A DNA stretch of 64,000 nt, from assembly GCA_037146775.1 (NCBI GenBank), contig JBAWWL010000007.1, positions 1,536 to 65,535 on the forward strand. The letters run 5' to 3'. Shown here in pieces: positions 39,412 to 49,800 of this stretch. The notes below the pieces were generated by a model. That model saw only the letters and a list, made by a program, of their open reading frames with translations. It was not told the DNA's origin and did no database searches. The position numbers and the translations under genes were made by a program. Source of the DNA: Candidatus Omnitrophota bacterium. GTDB lineage: Bacteria; Omnitrophota; Gorgyraeia; Duberdicusellales; 4484-171. How positions within the stretch are numbered: position 1 is the stretch's first letter; the number at the start of each line of letters is the position of its first letter.

Positions 39412-40029
39412 ATGAATCAAAGAGACATTAAAGAGTTATACTTCATAACCCCGATTGATAATATTCCATCGATATTCCAACATGGGATTATGTCGCATAA
39501 TAAAATTAGGGCAAGCAAGTTATCTCATAAGAGCGTTGCTCATGGAGAAGTCCAGAAGCGCCGGGAGGACAAAGTCATTCCCGGAGGAAAACGCAAGTTG
39601 CATAATTATGTGAATCTGTACTTTAACCCTCGAAATTCAATGATGTATAGTCGTAAAAACTTACATGAAGATCTTTGCGTTTTGGCTGTACATGCGGATG
39701 TTTTAACTCATCAAGGTATTATTATCGCGGATGGAAATGCTTCGAGCAACTATACTCGTTTTTTTGAAACATCCGAAGGCATTAAATCTTTGGATAAAGA
39801 TTCCGTTTTTACTGAAAACTGGTGGGACCCGGATCATTACGAGATGTGTCGAAAACGAAGTGCGGCTTGTGCCGAAGCCTTATTCCCCGATCAATTGCCA
39901 CCATCCAAAATTACAGGGATATATGTATCGAGCGAAGAGGCTCATGGGAAGGTGGCGTCAATTATTGCCGATATTCGTATCAATATACCAGTTATTATAA
40001 ATGGCAAAATGTTTTTTAAGGAGGCTTGA
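39412..40029 (+). CDS. darT: DarT-like DNA ADP-ribosyltransferase toxin (DUF4433)
   Basis: N-terminal ELYFITPIDNIPSIFQHGIMS matches the DarT/DUF4433 signature (YHFTHI-NL-SIL-GL). About 205 aa. Immediately followed by a macrodomain gene. Confidence 0.65.
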   Translation: MNQRDIKELYFITPIDNIPSIFQHGIMSHNKIRASKLSHKSVAHGEVQKRREDKVIPGGKRKLHNYVNLYFNPRNSMMYSRKNLHEDLCVLAVHADVLTHQGIIIADGNASSNYTRFFETSEGIKSLDKDSVFTENWWDPDHYEMCRKRSAACAEALFPDQLPPSKITGIYVSSEEAHGKVASIIADIRINIPVIINGKMFFKEA

Positions 40030-40030
40030 A

Positions 40031-41152
40031 ATGGTAAAGAATATTTTAATCGGGGATATTTTTAATTCGGAAACTCAGACATTGGTAAACACTGTCAATT
40101 GCGTCGGTATCATGGGTAAAGGAATCGCGGCTGAATTCAAGAAACGCTATCCCGAGATGTTTGATGATTATGTGGCACGTTGCCAAAAAGGCGAAGTCAA
40201 GCCGGGCGTTCCTTACCTATTCAAAATGCCTTCGCTTTTTGCTCCGCAGGTGATTAATTTTCCAACAAAAAGCGATTGGCGAGCGGCATCGCGGGTCGAG
40301 GATATAGAAAAGGGTCTCAAAATACTTATTTCGAAATATAAAGAATGGGGTATTGAGTCAATAGCGGTTCCCCCGTTAGGCTGTGGCAATGGTCAATTAC
40401 TTTGGGAAACCGTTGGCCCTCTGATTTACAAGTATCTCTCGAAGCTGGATATTTTGGTCAAAATTTATGCTCCATATGGCACACCGCCTGCACAGTTGAC
40501 CGAGAAGTTTCTCTCGCAAGAGTATAATTTGCGGGATGCTAAGTCAGGCGAGGCAATCCTTCAGAAACTGGAACCCGCTTGGGTCGCGTTGATTGAGATA
40601 GTTCATCGCATTGAAAAGCAGGCGTATCATATGCCTGTCGGCAGGACTATTTTTCAAAAGATTGCCTATGTTGCCACTGCATTAGGTATCCCTACCGGTT
40701 TGGCGCATGTTCGTGGATCATATGGGCCTTATTGCAAAGAGCTAAATGATGTTAAAAAACGATTATCGAATGATGGATTATTGCAGGAAGAAAAAAGCGG
40801 GTCTATGTTTCAGGTTATTCCGGGCCTCGCGTATGAGAAGAATCGTTTGAAATATCAGGATACTTTTCAAAAATGGGATAATATGATCGACAAGACGGTT
40901 GATCTTTTTCTGCGATTAGATACTAATAAGGCCGAAATTGTGGCAACCGTTCTTTTCGTTGAGCGCGAAATGAATAAAAACAATATGTCTGAGGATGATA
41001 TTTTGCAAGAAGTGATGAAGTGGAAACAGAAGCGCATTCCTCCAATTAATAAGAAAGAGGTCGCTCAAGCTATCCGCAATCTTGGTGTGTTGAAATGGTT
41101 TACGCTGAAGCCTTCGGCAGACTTGCCGGTTGAGGAAGATTGGGCAAATTAA
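40031..41152 (+). CDS. darG: DarG-like macrodomain antitoxin (N-terminal macro domain + C-terminal DarT-binding region)
   Basis: LVNTVNCVGIMGKGIAAEFKKRYPEMF matches the DarG/ADP-ribose-processing macro domain. AAGGAGG RBS inside the 3' end of darT. The listed start at 40001 is unlikely. Confidence 0.7.
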   Translation: MVKNILIGDIFNSETQTLVNTVNCVGIMGKGIAAEFKKRYPEMFDDYVARCQKGEVKPGVPYLFKMPSLFAPQVINFPTKSDWRAASRVEDIEKGLKILISKYKEWGIESIAVPPLGCGNGQLLWETVGPLIYKYLSKLDILVKIYAPYGTPPAQLTEKFLSQEYNLRDAKSGEAILQKLEPAWVALIEIVHRIEKQAYHMPVGRTIFQKIAYVATALGIPTGLAHVRGSYGPYCKELNDVKKRLSNDGLLQEEKSGSMFQVIPGLAYEKNRLKYQDTFQKWDNMIDKTVDLFLRLDTNKAEIVATVLFVEREMNKNNMSEDDILQEVMKWKQKRIPPINKKEVAQAIRNLGVLKWFTLKPSADLPVEEDWAN

Positions 41153-41158
41153 AAAATT

Positions 41159-41587
41159 ATGGATATAAAAAACGATAACCATGACTTTTTACTCAAAGAG
41201 ATTGATCTAATTCAAGATGTGATCAGGCGAATGGCTCATAATTCATTCTTGATCAAAGGATGGGCTGTTACTTTGATCGTTGGTTCTTTATTATTAAAAG
41301 GGACGATGCTTGAAGTTTATATTGCGGTGATTCCGCTGATTTCTTTTTGGATTCTGGACGCTTATTTTCTTAGGCAAGAACGTCTATATCGGAAACTTTA
41401 CGATTGGGTTATTAATAATCGGCACAAAACAAGCGAATATCTTTTTGATTTAAGCACGTCGCGATTCAAGGGCGCGGTGCAGTCAATTCCTCGAATTATG
41501 TTTTCGATTACTTTGGGCATCTTTTATGGTTCGATTGCAGTTTTATTGGCTATTTATATTGTCATGCTTTTGAAATTTCATGCATAA
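41159..41587 (+). CDS. Small 3-TM membrane protein, possible membrane effector
   Basis: Three hydrophobic helices; no catalytic motif. 7-nt gap from darG and 13-nt gap to the TIR gene. Confidence 0.45.
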   Translation: MDIKNDNHDFLLKEIDLIQDVIRRMAHNSFLIKGWAVTLIVGSLLLKGTMLEVYIAVIPLISFWILDAYFLRQERLYRKLYDWVINNRHKTSEYLFDLSTSRFKGAVQSIPRIMFSITLGIFYGSIAVLLAIYIVMLLKFHA

Positions 41588-41599
41588 GGAATTGATATT

Positions 41600-42181
41600 A
41601 TGGCTAAACAAGTATTTTTTAGCTTTCATTATGATGATGTAAAAACATTTCGTGCGAATGTTGTTAGGAACCACGGATTTACAAAGGAAGATGGTCAAGA
41701 AGCAGGATTTTTTGATGCCTCAATCTGGGAAGATGCGAAACTACATGGTGATATTTCTGTAAAAAGACTCATCAATTCGAATCTGGACAACACATCGGTT
41801 ACTTGTCTTTTAATTGGTACAGGAACGTGGAATAGGCGTTGGGTCAGATATGAGATATTGAAAAGCTATGATCGGGGCAACGCACTGTTTGGAGTTCATA
41901 TCAACAGCGTGACTGATAAAAATAGGCAGACGTTTCCTCAAGGACTAAATCCATTCGATTATTTAGGATTTATCGTTAGTGAAGACGGGAAGAAGCTTAC
42001 TTATCAAGAACACGATGGAACAAGTTGGAAAGTTTATCAAGACTTGCCACCTAAAATGACAAACTTTGACAGACAACATTGGAATAAAGGTTTTAAGCTA
42101 TCCAGCTGGGTTCCGTGTTACGACTGGACAAGTGGGGATGGATATAATAAATTTTCATCTTGGGTAGAGAGTGCCAAATAA
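41600..42181 (+). CDS. TIR-like domain protein (ThsB-like / DUF1863-type)
   Basis: N-terminus VFFSFHYDDVKTF. WVRYEI (Trp-x-x-x-Glu) region typical of bacterial TIR NADase domains. 193 aa. Confidence 0.55.
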   Translation: MAKQVFFSFHYDDVKTFRANVVRNHGFTKEDGQEAGFFDASIWEDAKLHGDISVKRLINSNLDNTSVTCLLIGTGTWNRRWVRYEILKSYDRGNALFGVHINSVTDKNRQTFPQGLNPFDYLGFIVSEDGKKLTYQEHDGTSWKVYQDLPPKMTNFDRQHWNKGFKLSSWVPCYDWTSGDGYNKFSSWVESAK

Positions 42182-42251
42182 ACCCTATGGCGTTGTGGTT
42201 CGAGCTGTAGGCTAACTTGGCGATACTCTCTAAAACTTGGAGGTTTGAACA

Positions 42252-42497
42252 ATGGGTAATCGAGCAGAAAATAATTTCAAAAAACGTTTCGGTGATCCTC
42301 CTCGGTTTAATGTTATATACCCGAAAAAACCTTTAGAAGGGTCTGAGCGGATATACCGCAATCAAAAAATCGCTGACGCGGTCGATAAAGTCTTAACCGG
42401 TATTTTAGGACGGAAGCCAACAAAAGACGAATTGATCGGACGCAAGCGTATAAATGAAGCGGAAATCCAAGCGTGCTTGGTCGGTAAAACGGAATAA
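42252..42497 (+). CDS. Small hypothetical protein
   Basis: ORF within the operon; no motif. Confidence 0.3.
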   Translation: MGNRAENNFKKRFGDPPRFNVIYPKKPLEGSERIYRNQKIADAVDKVLTGILGRKPTKDELIGRKRINEAEIQACLVGKTE

Positions 42498-42561
42498 GCG
42501 CAGATTACGCTATATTTAGAGCGAGACTTTTTTATAGCCATTATTAAGTTAGGAGTTATTC

Positions 42562-43542
42562 GTGGCATCAATGGGCGATTTAATTGATGAATTGAAACGT
42601 GTCGATTTTGAAAGACCGATTGTCTTTATCAGTTACGCTGGCGAGGAGCTTGCGTTAGCGGATTTTATTAGGGACATCATAAGTCGTCTCACTGAATTTA
42701 AGGTTGAGGCGTTTGTTGCTAAAAGAGATATCCCGCCCGGAGATAATCCACTAAAAACAATGATGGAAGAAAAACTTAAGAATGCAAAAGCGATTATTCC
42801 TATATGTTCTGTCAAGTCGAAGATGTCATCATGGGTCTGGTGGGAATCGGCCGCTGTTTGGGCTAAGGACAAAAAGGTTTATCCCCTGTTTACCAATATT
42901 TCAGCAAGTGATTTTGGTGCGCCTTTAACGCTGGTAAGCCAAGGGAAAGAATATTTTATTAGATCGGAGTTTATTGAGACAGTGAGAATGGTTTGTGAGG
43001 ATGTCGGGACCCCGGTTGTCGATAAGGATTTAACCAAAGAGGAATGGGATGAATATGAGAAGCTAAAAACTGAGTATTCTAAGCCGGAAACTTCAGCAAA
43101 AGTTACAGCGGATTATAAGAAACTTGAAATGACTCAGGATTTACACAAATATTCTTTTGTTTTTGAAATCGAGAATAGGAATCAGAAAAGATTTGATGAT
43201 GTTGATGTAGAGCTTTATTTCCCGGTAGACTACATTGAGGAGAAAAAATGGGAATATCCGCATTTAAGATCTTCTACTTCACATGACAAACCGGGTTACT
43301 TATGCTTAACATTTTCTTTTTCCGGGTTGCCAGAAACTGCGAAAAAACAATTCATCAGCAGTTTATTGCCCGGTAAAAAGCTAAAGGTTTTTGGTGAAGA
43401 TGGAATGACCAAACTTCATTATTACATGGATCATGATCGTTGGGACAAAAGGTTTAAGTATGATGTGCAGTGGAAAGTTTATATCAATGGCGGAGCCCCT
43501 CAAGAAGGCAGTATCCCATTAAATTCAATTCAGTATTTTTAA
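42562..43542 (+). CDS. TIR-domain protein with about 170-aa C-terminal domain of unknown function
   Basis: IVFISYAGEELALADFIRDII...SSWVWWESAAVW matches the bacterial TIR pattern (FISY..D, SxWCxxE-like). Confidence 0.6.
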   Translation: MASMGDLIDELKRVDFERPIVFISYAGEELALADFIRDIISRLTEFKVEAFVAKRDIPPGDNPLKTMMEEKLKNAKAIIPICSVKSKMSSWVWWESAAVWAKDKKVYPLFTNISASDFGAPLTLVSQGKEYFIRSEFIETVRMVCEDVGTPVVDKDLTKEEWDEYEKLKTEYSKPETSAKVTADYKKLEMTQDLHKYSFVFEIENRNQKRFDDVDVELYFPVDYIEEKKWEYPHLRSSTSHDKPGYLCLTFSFSGLPETAKKQFISSLLPGKKLKVFGEDGMTKLHYYMDHDRWDKRFKYDVQWKVYINGGAPQEGSIPLNSIQYF

Positions 43543-43781
43543 GGATGGTTGGTCTGTAATCGCGTTACAAAGCTTTCTTGTTCTTTGGGACTTTTAAGCA
43601 TCTGCCGTAGCTGGCGTTCAGTTATCAGTCGTTTGGGCATGGGATCGCCCAGCGCTTCAACGGCTTCGACCAGCGAGGGGTTAAGGTCGAGAAGGCTCGT
43701 ATATTGCCAGATTCGGACCCGGGAGATGCCTACCTTGCGAGCAAGGTCACTTTCGTTCTTGGCTTGGCCGGATTCAATCAT
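43539..43781 (-). CDS. Small HTH DNA-binding protein next to the island junction (candidate excisionase/RDF or ParB-like fragment)
   Basis: ESDLARKVGISRVRIWQY helix-turn-helix-like segment. Location adjacent to the 13-bp repeat. Confidence 0.35.
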   Translation of the reverse strand: MIESGQAKNESDLARKVGISRVRIWQYTSLLDLNPSLVEAVEALGDPMPKRLITERQLRQMLKSPKEQESFVTRLQTNHP

Positions 43782-43964
43782 GCGGGCGTATTCCTTGGCT
43801 CGAAAGATGGGGTTGCGGTAGGTACGGACGGGTTTTGGGGGTATTCTTCGGGCCTGTTCAGGCGTCTGGCCTTCTCGGATGACTGAAATGAGCCGGTGAT
43901 TCCACTTTTCCTTCTCGGTAATGAAGGCGGTGAACTGCCATAAAAGCCCGCAGTCAGACGACTG

Positions 43965-43977
43965 CCCGGGGAGCCAT
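43965..43977 (+). repeat. Second copy of the tRNA 3'-end repeat CCCGGGGAGCCAT (att-like site)
   Basis: Exact 13/13 match to 26284-26296; no other copy was noticed in the window. Confidence 0.6.
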
Positions 43978-44014
43978 CTTTATATCTCTCAATCCATAAG
44001 GAGAGATGCAAAAA

Positions 44015-44041
44015 GCCCTGATTGCCATCAACGATCAGGGC
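44015..44041 (-). terminator. Rho-independent terminator downstream of recombinase 2 (minus strand)
   Basis: GCCCTGAT-N11-ATCAGGGC hairpin followed on the minus strand by TTTT. Confidence 0.4.
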
Positions 44042-44289
44042 TTCTTTATCCCTTGGTTTTTCAAAGAGTTATGCCATTAATTTCAAACGCTATTCCAGTA
44101 AATTATTGATATCTTTCCCGCCACTATATAAACCACCAAAGTTAGCAAAATATTCCTGAAATTACCCCATTTATCTCGGCATGGGCTCATTTATAATGGT
44201 TCGTATATAATCATAAAATACGCCAATAGTAAGGGAATTAAAGCAGACTATCGAGCCATTATATAGAAAAAGAAGGTGGTGAAGCGAGA

Positions 44290-45894
44290 TTACGCGGTAG
44301 GTTTCTGAATAAGTGATCGCCACATATCGTATTGCTTTCCCCAGTCTGGCTCTCTGGCAATAATGTTGGCTTTATACTCGGGTATTTCAGAGATAGTTTC
44401 ATTAGGCCCAAGAAGGATTTCTTCCTGTATCCTTGGTGAAATATAGAGCAGCTCCATAACAAGATGTAGCTTAATGGCCGACATATTAAGCCAAATAGCA
44501 AGCAGTTTAATGTTTTCAGCTTGACCAGAGTCAAGCAGCTGTTGTGCTTGGTGGGCAAGAATCAGCAGTTGGCGCAGTTTTGGTTCTTTCAAGATGCCAT
44601 CTTTAGGGTCATGTGTAATAGTATGGTTTACTTCTTTTAACTCCCCGCTATATTCTTGAGAAATCCCGTCAGAGAATGCAACCATCAGTTTTTTAGTTAC
44701 CCCGTCATAATCAACGCGTTTAATATGGCTGACTAAGATAGATTTTTGTTCCTGGGCAGTAATACTTTTCCAGTTTTCTTTAAAGCTAGCCGCGTCAGCT
44801 CGCGTAAACAAACATTCCGCCACGGCATTCTCAATTTCAAGAGCGTTAACTGATTTTGTCGCGCAGCCGTCGTAGCCGTATTTCTGCGCATGGAGGCATA
44901 CGTAATATCGGTAGTAGATTTTCTGTTCCTTGAAAGTGCTTGTGCCAAACATTGGCGTATTGCAATGCTTACAGAAGAGAAGCTTGGTTAGTGGGTTTAC
45001 GACGTTCTTTCCGCGGGTTAGTTCCTGATAATTACGGTTTTTCTTTAGAGCCTCTTGTGCCTTATTATAAGTTTCCTCGTCAATTATGGCTTCCTGTTGT
45101 CCGGGGTAAAATTCGCCCGCATATTTGACTTTACCGATATAAAGAGGATTCAGAATAATACTGTTAATTGAATTATTCTGAAATATGTTACCGCCGTTTG
45201 TTTTACCTTTTTTATTGGTATGGACTTTACTTCGTAACCCTCTTTCATTTAGTTCTCGCGCCAGCATTCTGAGCGAATATCCTTTCAGATAAAGCTCATA
45301 AATGGTTTTAATTATTTGAGCCTCAGCAGGATTAATAACAAGTTTTCCGGCTTCTTTGTCGAAGTCATACCCTAATGGAGGCCTGCCGCCTAGCCATTTA
45401 CCTTTCTTCCTGGCCGCTCCCATTTTATCTTTTGTGCGCTCTGAAATAATCTCACGTTCAAACTGGGCAAAGGAGAGCAGGATGTTAAGTGTAAGTCTGC
45501 CCATAGAGGTATTGGTATTAAAGGCTTGAGTTACTGATACAAAAGTTACCTTATTTTGATCAAAAAGCTCAAGAAGCTGGGAAAAGTCAATAAGAGAGCG
45601 GGAGAGCCGGTCAACTTTGTAAACTACAACGCAGCTAATTTTTCCAGCCCTAATATCCTCAATAAGCTTTTGAAGCGCCGGCCTGTCAGTATTTGCTCCT
45701 GTATATCCACCGTCGTCGTAACGGTCTTCCAGGGCGATCCAGCCTTCATTCTTTTGGCTGTTAATATAGCTAATCGCCGATTCTCGTTGGGCGTCCAGCG
45801 AGGTAAAGTCCTGGTCCAAGCCTTCAGAAGTTGATTTACGTGTATAGATAGCGCAATAAAGGTTAGGTTTATCTTTAATATTGTCGTTGTTCAT
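44290..45894 (-). CDS. Large serine recombinase (island 2)
   Basis: LYCAIYTRKSTSEGLDQD catalytic-Ser resolvase domain. VYKVDRLSRS. Recombinase and zinc-ribbon domains (CKHCNTPMFG). The start may be 45894 (MNNDN) or 45921. Confidence 0.85.
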   Translation of the reverse strand: MNNDNIKDKPNLYCAIYTRKSTSEGLDQDFTSLDAQRESAISYINSQKNEGWIALEDRYDDGGYTGANTDRPALQKLIEDIRAGKISCVVVYKVDRLSRSLIDFSQLLELFDQNKVTFVSVTQAFNTNTSMGRLTLNILLSFAQFEREIISERTKDKMGAARKKGKWLGGRPPLGYDFDKEAGKLVINPAEAQIIKTIYELYLKGYSLRMLARELNERGLRSKVHTNKKGKTNGGNIFQNNSINSIILNPLYIGKVKYAGEFYPGQQEAIIDEETYNKAQEALKKNRNYQELTRGKNVVNPLTKLLFCKHCNTPMFGTSTFKEQKIYYRYYVCLHAQKYGYDGCATKSVNALEIENAVAECLFTRADAASFKENWKSITAQEQKSILVSHIKRVDYDGVTKKLMVAFSDGISQEYSGELKEVNHTITHDPKDGILKEPKLRQLLILAHQAQQLLDSGQAENIKLLAIWLNMSAIKLHLVMELLYISPRIQEEILLGPNETISEIPEYKANIIAREPDWGKQYDMWRSLIQKPTA

Positions 45895-46358
45895 AGTCTG
45901 AAAAATTGGTAACCGTTCCAATGGTTACCTCCAATTAGTGAGGCTACACTGGAAAGAGTTTTATATATCTTCCCATTATATTCAAAACCATTTTCTAAAA
46001 CTTTCACCATGATTTTTTGCCCTTTATAATTCTTGGTAATTATGCTTCCTGGGATAGGCAGGCGCCGGTCATTTTTACGAGAAGGCCTTTTTCCGGGAGT
46101 ATTCTCGCTTTCTGGCCGTAATAATGGATTGTTTACAGGTTCATATTTTTGTATTAATTCGTCTAATTTGCTTTTAACTTTCTCTGAAAGTCCGCCAAAT
46201 TCTAATTCCTGGTTACGATAGGCGATTTTACGCCATAAATGTACCTTATTGTTGGAAGGTCTCTTGTTATCCCCAAAAGCTTCCTTGTATTTCTTCTGTA
46301 ATTCATACAGGGGTACGCTTTTTAGCTCCGTTATCTTGGTTACCGCATTTTCGCTCAT
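45891..46358 (-). CDS. DUF2924-like recombinase-associated protein
   Basis: LYELQKKYKEAFGDNKRPSNNKVHLWRKIAYRNQ resembles the DUF2924 motif (LWKRIAWRLQ) that commonly precedes large serine recombinases. Overlaps the recombinase start. Confidence 0.5.
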   Translation of the reverse strand: MSENAVTKITELKSVPLYELQKKYKEAFGDNKRPSNNKVHLWRKIAYRNQELEFGGLSEKVKSKLDELIQKYEPVNNPLLRPESENTPGKRPSRKNDRRLPIPGSIITKNYKGQKIMVKVLENGFEYNGKIYKTLSSVASLIGGNHWNGYQFFRL

Positions 46359-46866
46359 ATTCGTCTCCTTTTGTCAGTACACATATAGCCATACAATTAG
46401 AGATATAGCAAGGGAAATAGAGAGGTATTTTAAGGGATATTAAGGATAAAAAGAGAGCATAATTAATACCAAATTAGCATTTTTTATAAAAGGTAAATCT
46501 ATAACTATCCAACGTAATACCTCTTTAATCACAAACCGTCTTATTAAGCTAATGCTATTTTTCACACTTGACCAATATCTACTATAGCGGTATTATTCTA
46601 TCTTATTGACTACAGAGGCGTAGTTGATAGATGAGGGTAAAGTGGCATCTGAAAGTACAATTGGGTTATTTTTTCTAAGGCAATTCTCTAGATAGGGGAT
46701 TGCCTTTTTTATTTGAAGGAAAATGAGGGTTTAGCTGGAAACAGTGAATGAATTTTTTGTTTGATTGCAGAAGTTATGTTTTAATGTGGATCTTTAGGGT
46801 TGGTGGACAGCGGAGATTTGATAAATCTGAGATACAAAAATGGACTACTAATAAAGGAATAAAAGA

Positions 46867-49800
46867 ATGAATACCGATCTCACATTTTTTACAAACGAAA
46901 AAGGAGCAACCCTGCTAGACAGGTTCAAAGTAACCCTTGAAAACAATACAAAGTTTTTTGATGTCCTAGTGGGTTATTTTAGAACGAGTGCATTTTTTAG
47001 TTTATATAAGTCGCTTGAAAAAGTTGAAAAAATTAGAATTTTGGTTGGGATTAATGTTGATAAACAAACACAAAATCTATTAGGGCAAGCCAAGGAAGGG
47101 CAGCTTACACTTAAGTTTTCGCATAAAGAAGTAAAAGACGCTTTTGTCGAAGAAGTTAGCAAGGAAATGGAGGAGTCCGAAGATAACTCAGAAATAGAAT
47201 TAGGTGTCTATAAATTTATCGAATTTATAAAATCTGGTAAGCTAGAAATCAGAGCCCATCCTTCGCAGTCTATTCACGCCAAGCTCTATATAATCCGTAA
47301 AGATTCTACAAAAAGTGAAGATTATGGTAGGGTTATAACTGGTTCGAGTAATTTTACCTTCTCTGGTCTCCAGGAAAATATCGAATTTAATGTAGAATTA
47401 AAAGATAGCCGGGATGTGGAATATGCTTTAAAAAAATTTGATACACTTTGGGAACAATCAGTGCCTATCTCTAATGAATACATCGAAGCAATCAATGATA
47501 AGACTTGGCTTAATGACGCAATTAAGCCTTATGAACTTTACCTAAAATTCCTTTACGAATATTTTAAAGATAAAATAAATGAAGATATGGATTCCATTTA
47601 TAAGGATAGAAGATTCTTGCCTGAAGGCTACATGGAGCTTGAGTATCAAGACGAAGCCGTAAAAGATGCTTTAGCTAAATTAGGTGATTACGGTGGAGTT
47701 TTCTTAGCAGACGTTGTCGGCCTAGGAAAAACTTATATTTCAGCTTTACTTGCCCAGCAGCTCGACGGTTATACTCTTATAATTTGTCCACCGGTACTAA
47801 AAAACTATTGGCATGATACCTTCCGAGATTTTGGAGTAAGGGGATTTGAAGTAGAATCTTTGGCCTTGAGCAAAATTGATAGAATAATTGAGGAAGGTCC
47901 TGAAAAGTACAAGAATATTTTCATCGATGAGGCACATCGCTTCCGTAATGAGACAAACCAGACTTATGCAAAGTTAAAACAGCTTTGTTGGGGGAAGCGA
48001 GTTATTTTAGTTTCTGCAACACCATTGAATAATACTCCATTTGATATCCTAAGTCAAATAAAGCTATTTCAAAAGGAACATAATAGTACGGTTCCTAATG
48101 TTCGGGATCTAGGAAGATTCTTCGCTGGACTACACGAGAGATTAAAATCAACTGATCGTAAGAATCTCAAGGAATATTTAGCGATAGTAAAGGAGAATTC
48201 ACAAGCAATTAGAGAGAATGTGCTTAAATATTTGATGGTTAGAAGAACCCGTTCAGAAGTTCTGAAATACTTCAAGAAAGATCTTGATAAGAGAAAGATT
48301 AAGTTTCCTTCAGTGGCTGAGCCCAAGAGGGTCTACTATGAATTTGATAATAATCTAGAAAATGTATTTATTCAAACAATCAAACTCATTAAGACATTTA
48401 AGTATTCCAGGTATATGCCATTCAATTACTTAAAGAATCCAGATGCGGAAGACAGACAGGAACAAGTTTCTCAACGTAACCTTGGTCGTTTCATGAAGAT
48501 ACTATTAGTGAAGCGTCTAGAAAGCAGTTTTTATGCTTTCAACATGACTCTGGACAGGTTCATTAATTCTTACAAGGATTTTATCGATATGCTAAATAAA
48601 GGGAATATTTATATAAGCAAGAAATATAGCGATAAAATTTACGAAGCAATAGGTAATGACACAGAGGATAGTCTAGATGAACTAGTTAATCAGGAGAAAA
48701 TTAAAAAATATAAGAAAGGTGATTTTGCAAATGATTTTCAGAAAGATTTAGAAAGCGATTATAAAATATTATTGGAAATAAAAAAAATGTGGAACAGTGT
48801 AAAAACAGATCCTAAGATAATAAAATTTAAGGCTATACTTAATAATGATAAGATTCTAAAGAATAATAAAATAATTATCTTTACAGAATCTAAGGAAACA
48901 GCAGAATATCTAGATAGAAATTTAAGAGATGTCTTTGGCGATAAGATCATATCTTATTCAAGCAAGTCTGGCTCTACTGTTCGTGATGAAATCACTGCAA
49001 ACTACGACCCTAATTCTAAGATCCACAAGGACAACATAAGAATACTAATTACTACTGATGTACTGGCAGAGGGTGTTAATATGCATCGTTCCAATGTGGT
49101 TATAAATTATGATATTCCTTGGAACCCTACCAAAGTCTTGCAAAGAGTGGGACGTGTTAACAGGATTGGGACTATTCATGACAATATATATGTTTATAAC
49201 TTTTTTCCTACCGTTTATTCAAATAGTGAAATTAAGCTAGAGGAGGCGGCTATTGCAAAAATTCAAGCATTTCATCATACTCTCGGAGAAGATGCGCAAT
49301 ACTTAACCGACGGGGAAGAAATCAGCTCCCATGAGTTGTTTACTAGGCTTAATTCTAAAAAGGTACTCGAAAATGGCGAAGAAGAAGAAAGGGATTCAGA
49401 ACTTCAATATTTATCTGAGATACGTAATGTCCGCGATGCTAACCAACAGTTATATGAAAGAATTAAAAAACTTCCTAAGAAATCACGGAGTGCTAAGTTT
49501 TATAAAGGGGAGAAAGAATCAGGGGTAACATTTTTTAGAAAAGGAAAATTACGTAAAATGTTTATTGCTGACTCTCAAAGTGCAAGAGAATTAAACTTCT
49601 TTGCCGCGGCTCGGTTATTAAAAGCGGAAGCCAGTGATATCAGGGAAAAAATTGCAGCGAGTTTTTATGAATTCATTGTTAAGAACAAAAAAGCATTCAG
49701 CTCGGCCACTGCTGAAGAGGTGAGACAATTTGGGCAACTGGGAGCCGGTAGTAATGAGAAAAAGCTTATTCGATACACAAAGGCAATCAGAAAAACTGCT

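Larger units (their letters stand above)
26284..43977. mobile_element. Genomic island 1: tRNA-integrated, serine-recombinase satellite-like element carrying defence cargo
   Basis: Bounded by the 13-bp direct repeat CCCGGGGAGCCAT (26284-26296, part of the tRNA 3' end, and 43965-43977). Contains a recombinase overlapping the repeat, a regulator, a primase-helicase with iterons, and defence genes. Confidence 0.6.

Noticed and set aside
41159-41587. Calling the 3-TM protein a SLATT-domain effector
   Set aside because: Only topology is visible by eye. No diagnostic motif could be verified, so it is left as a generic membrane protein.
43965-44290. Treating the second CCCGGGGAGCCAT copy as attL of island 2 overlapping recombinase 2
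   Set aside because: Recombinase 2 ends 310 bp from the repeat and does not overlap it. The repeat is better explained as the right end (attR) of island 1; the precise left end of island 2 is unresolved.
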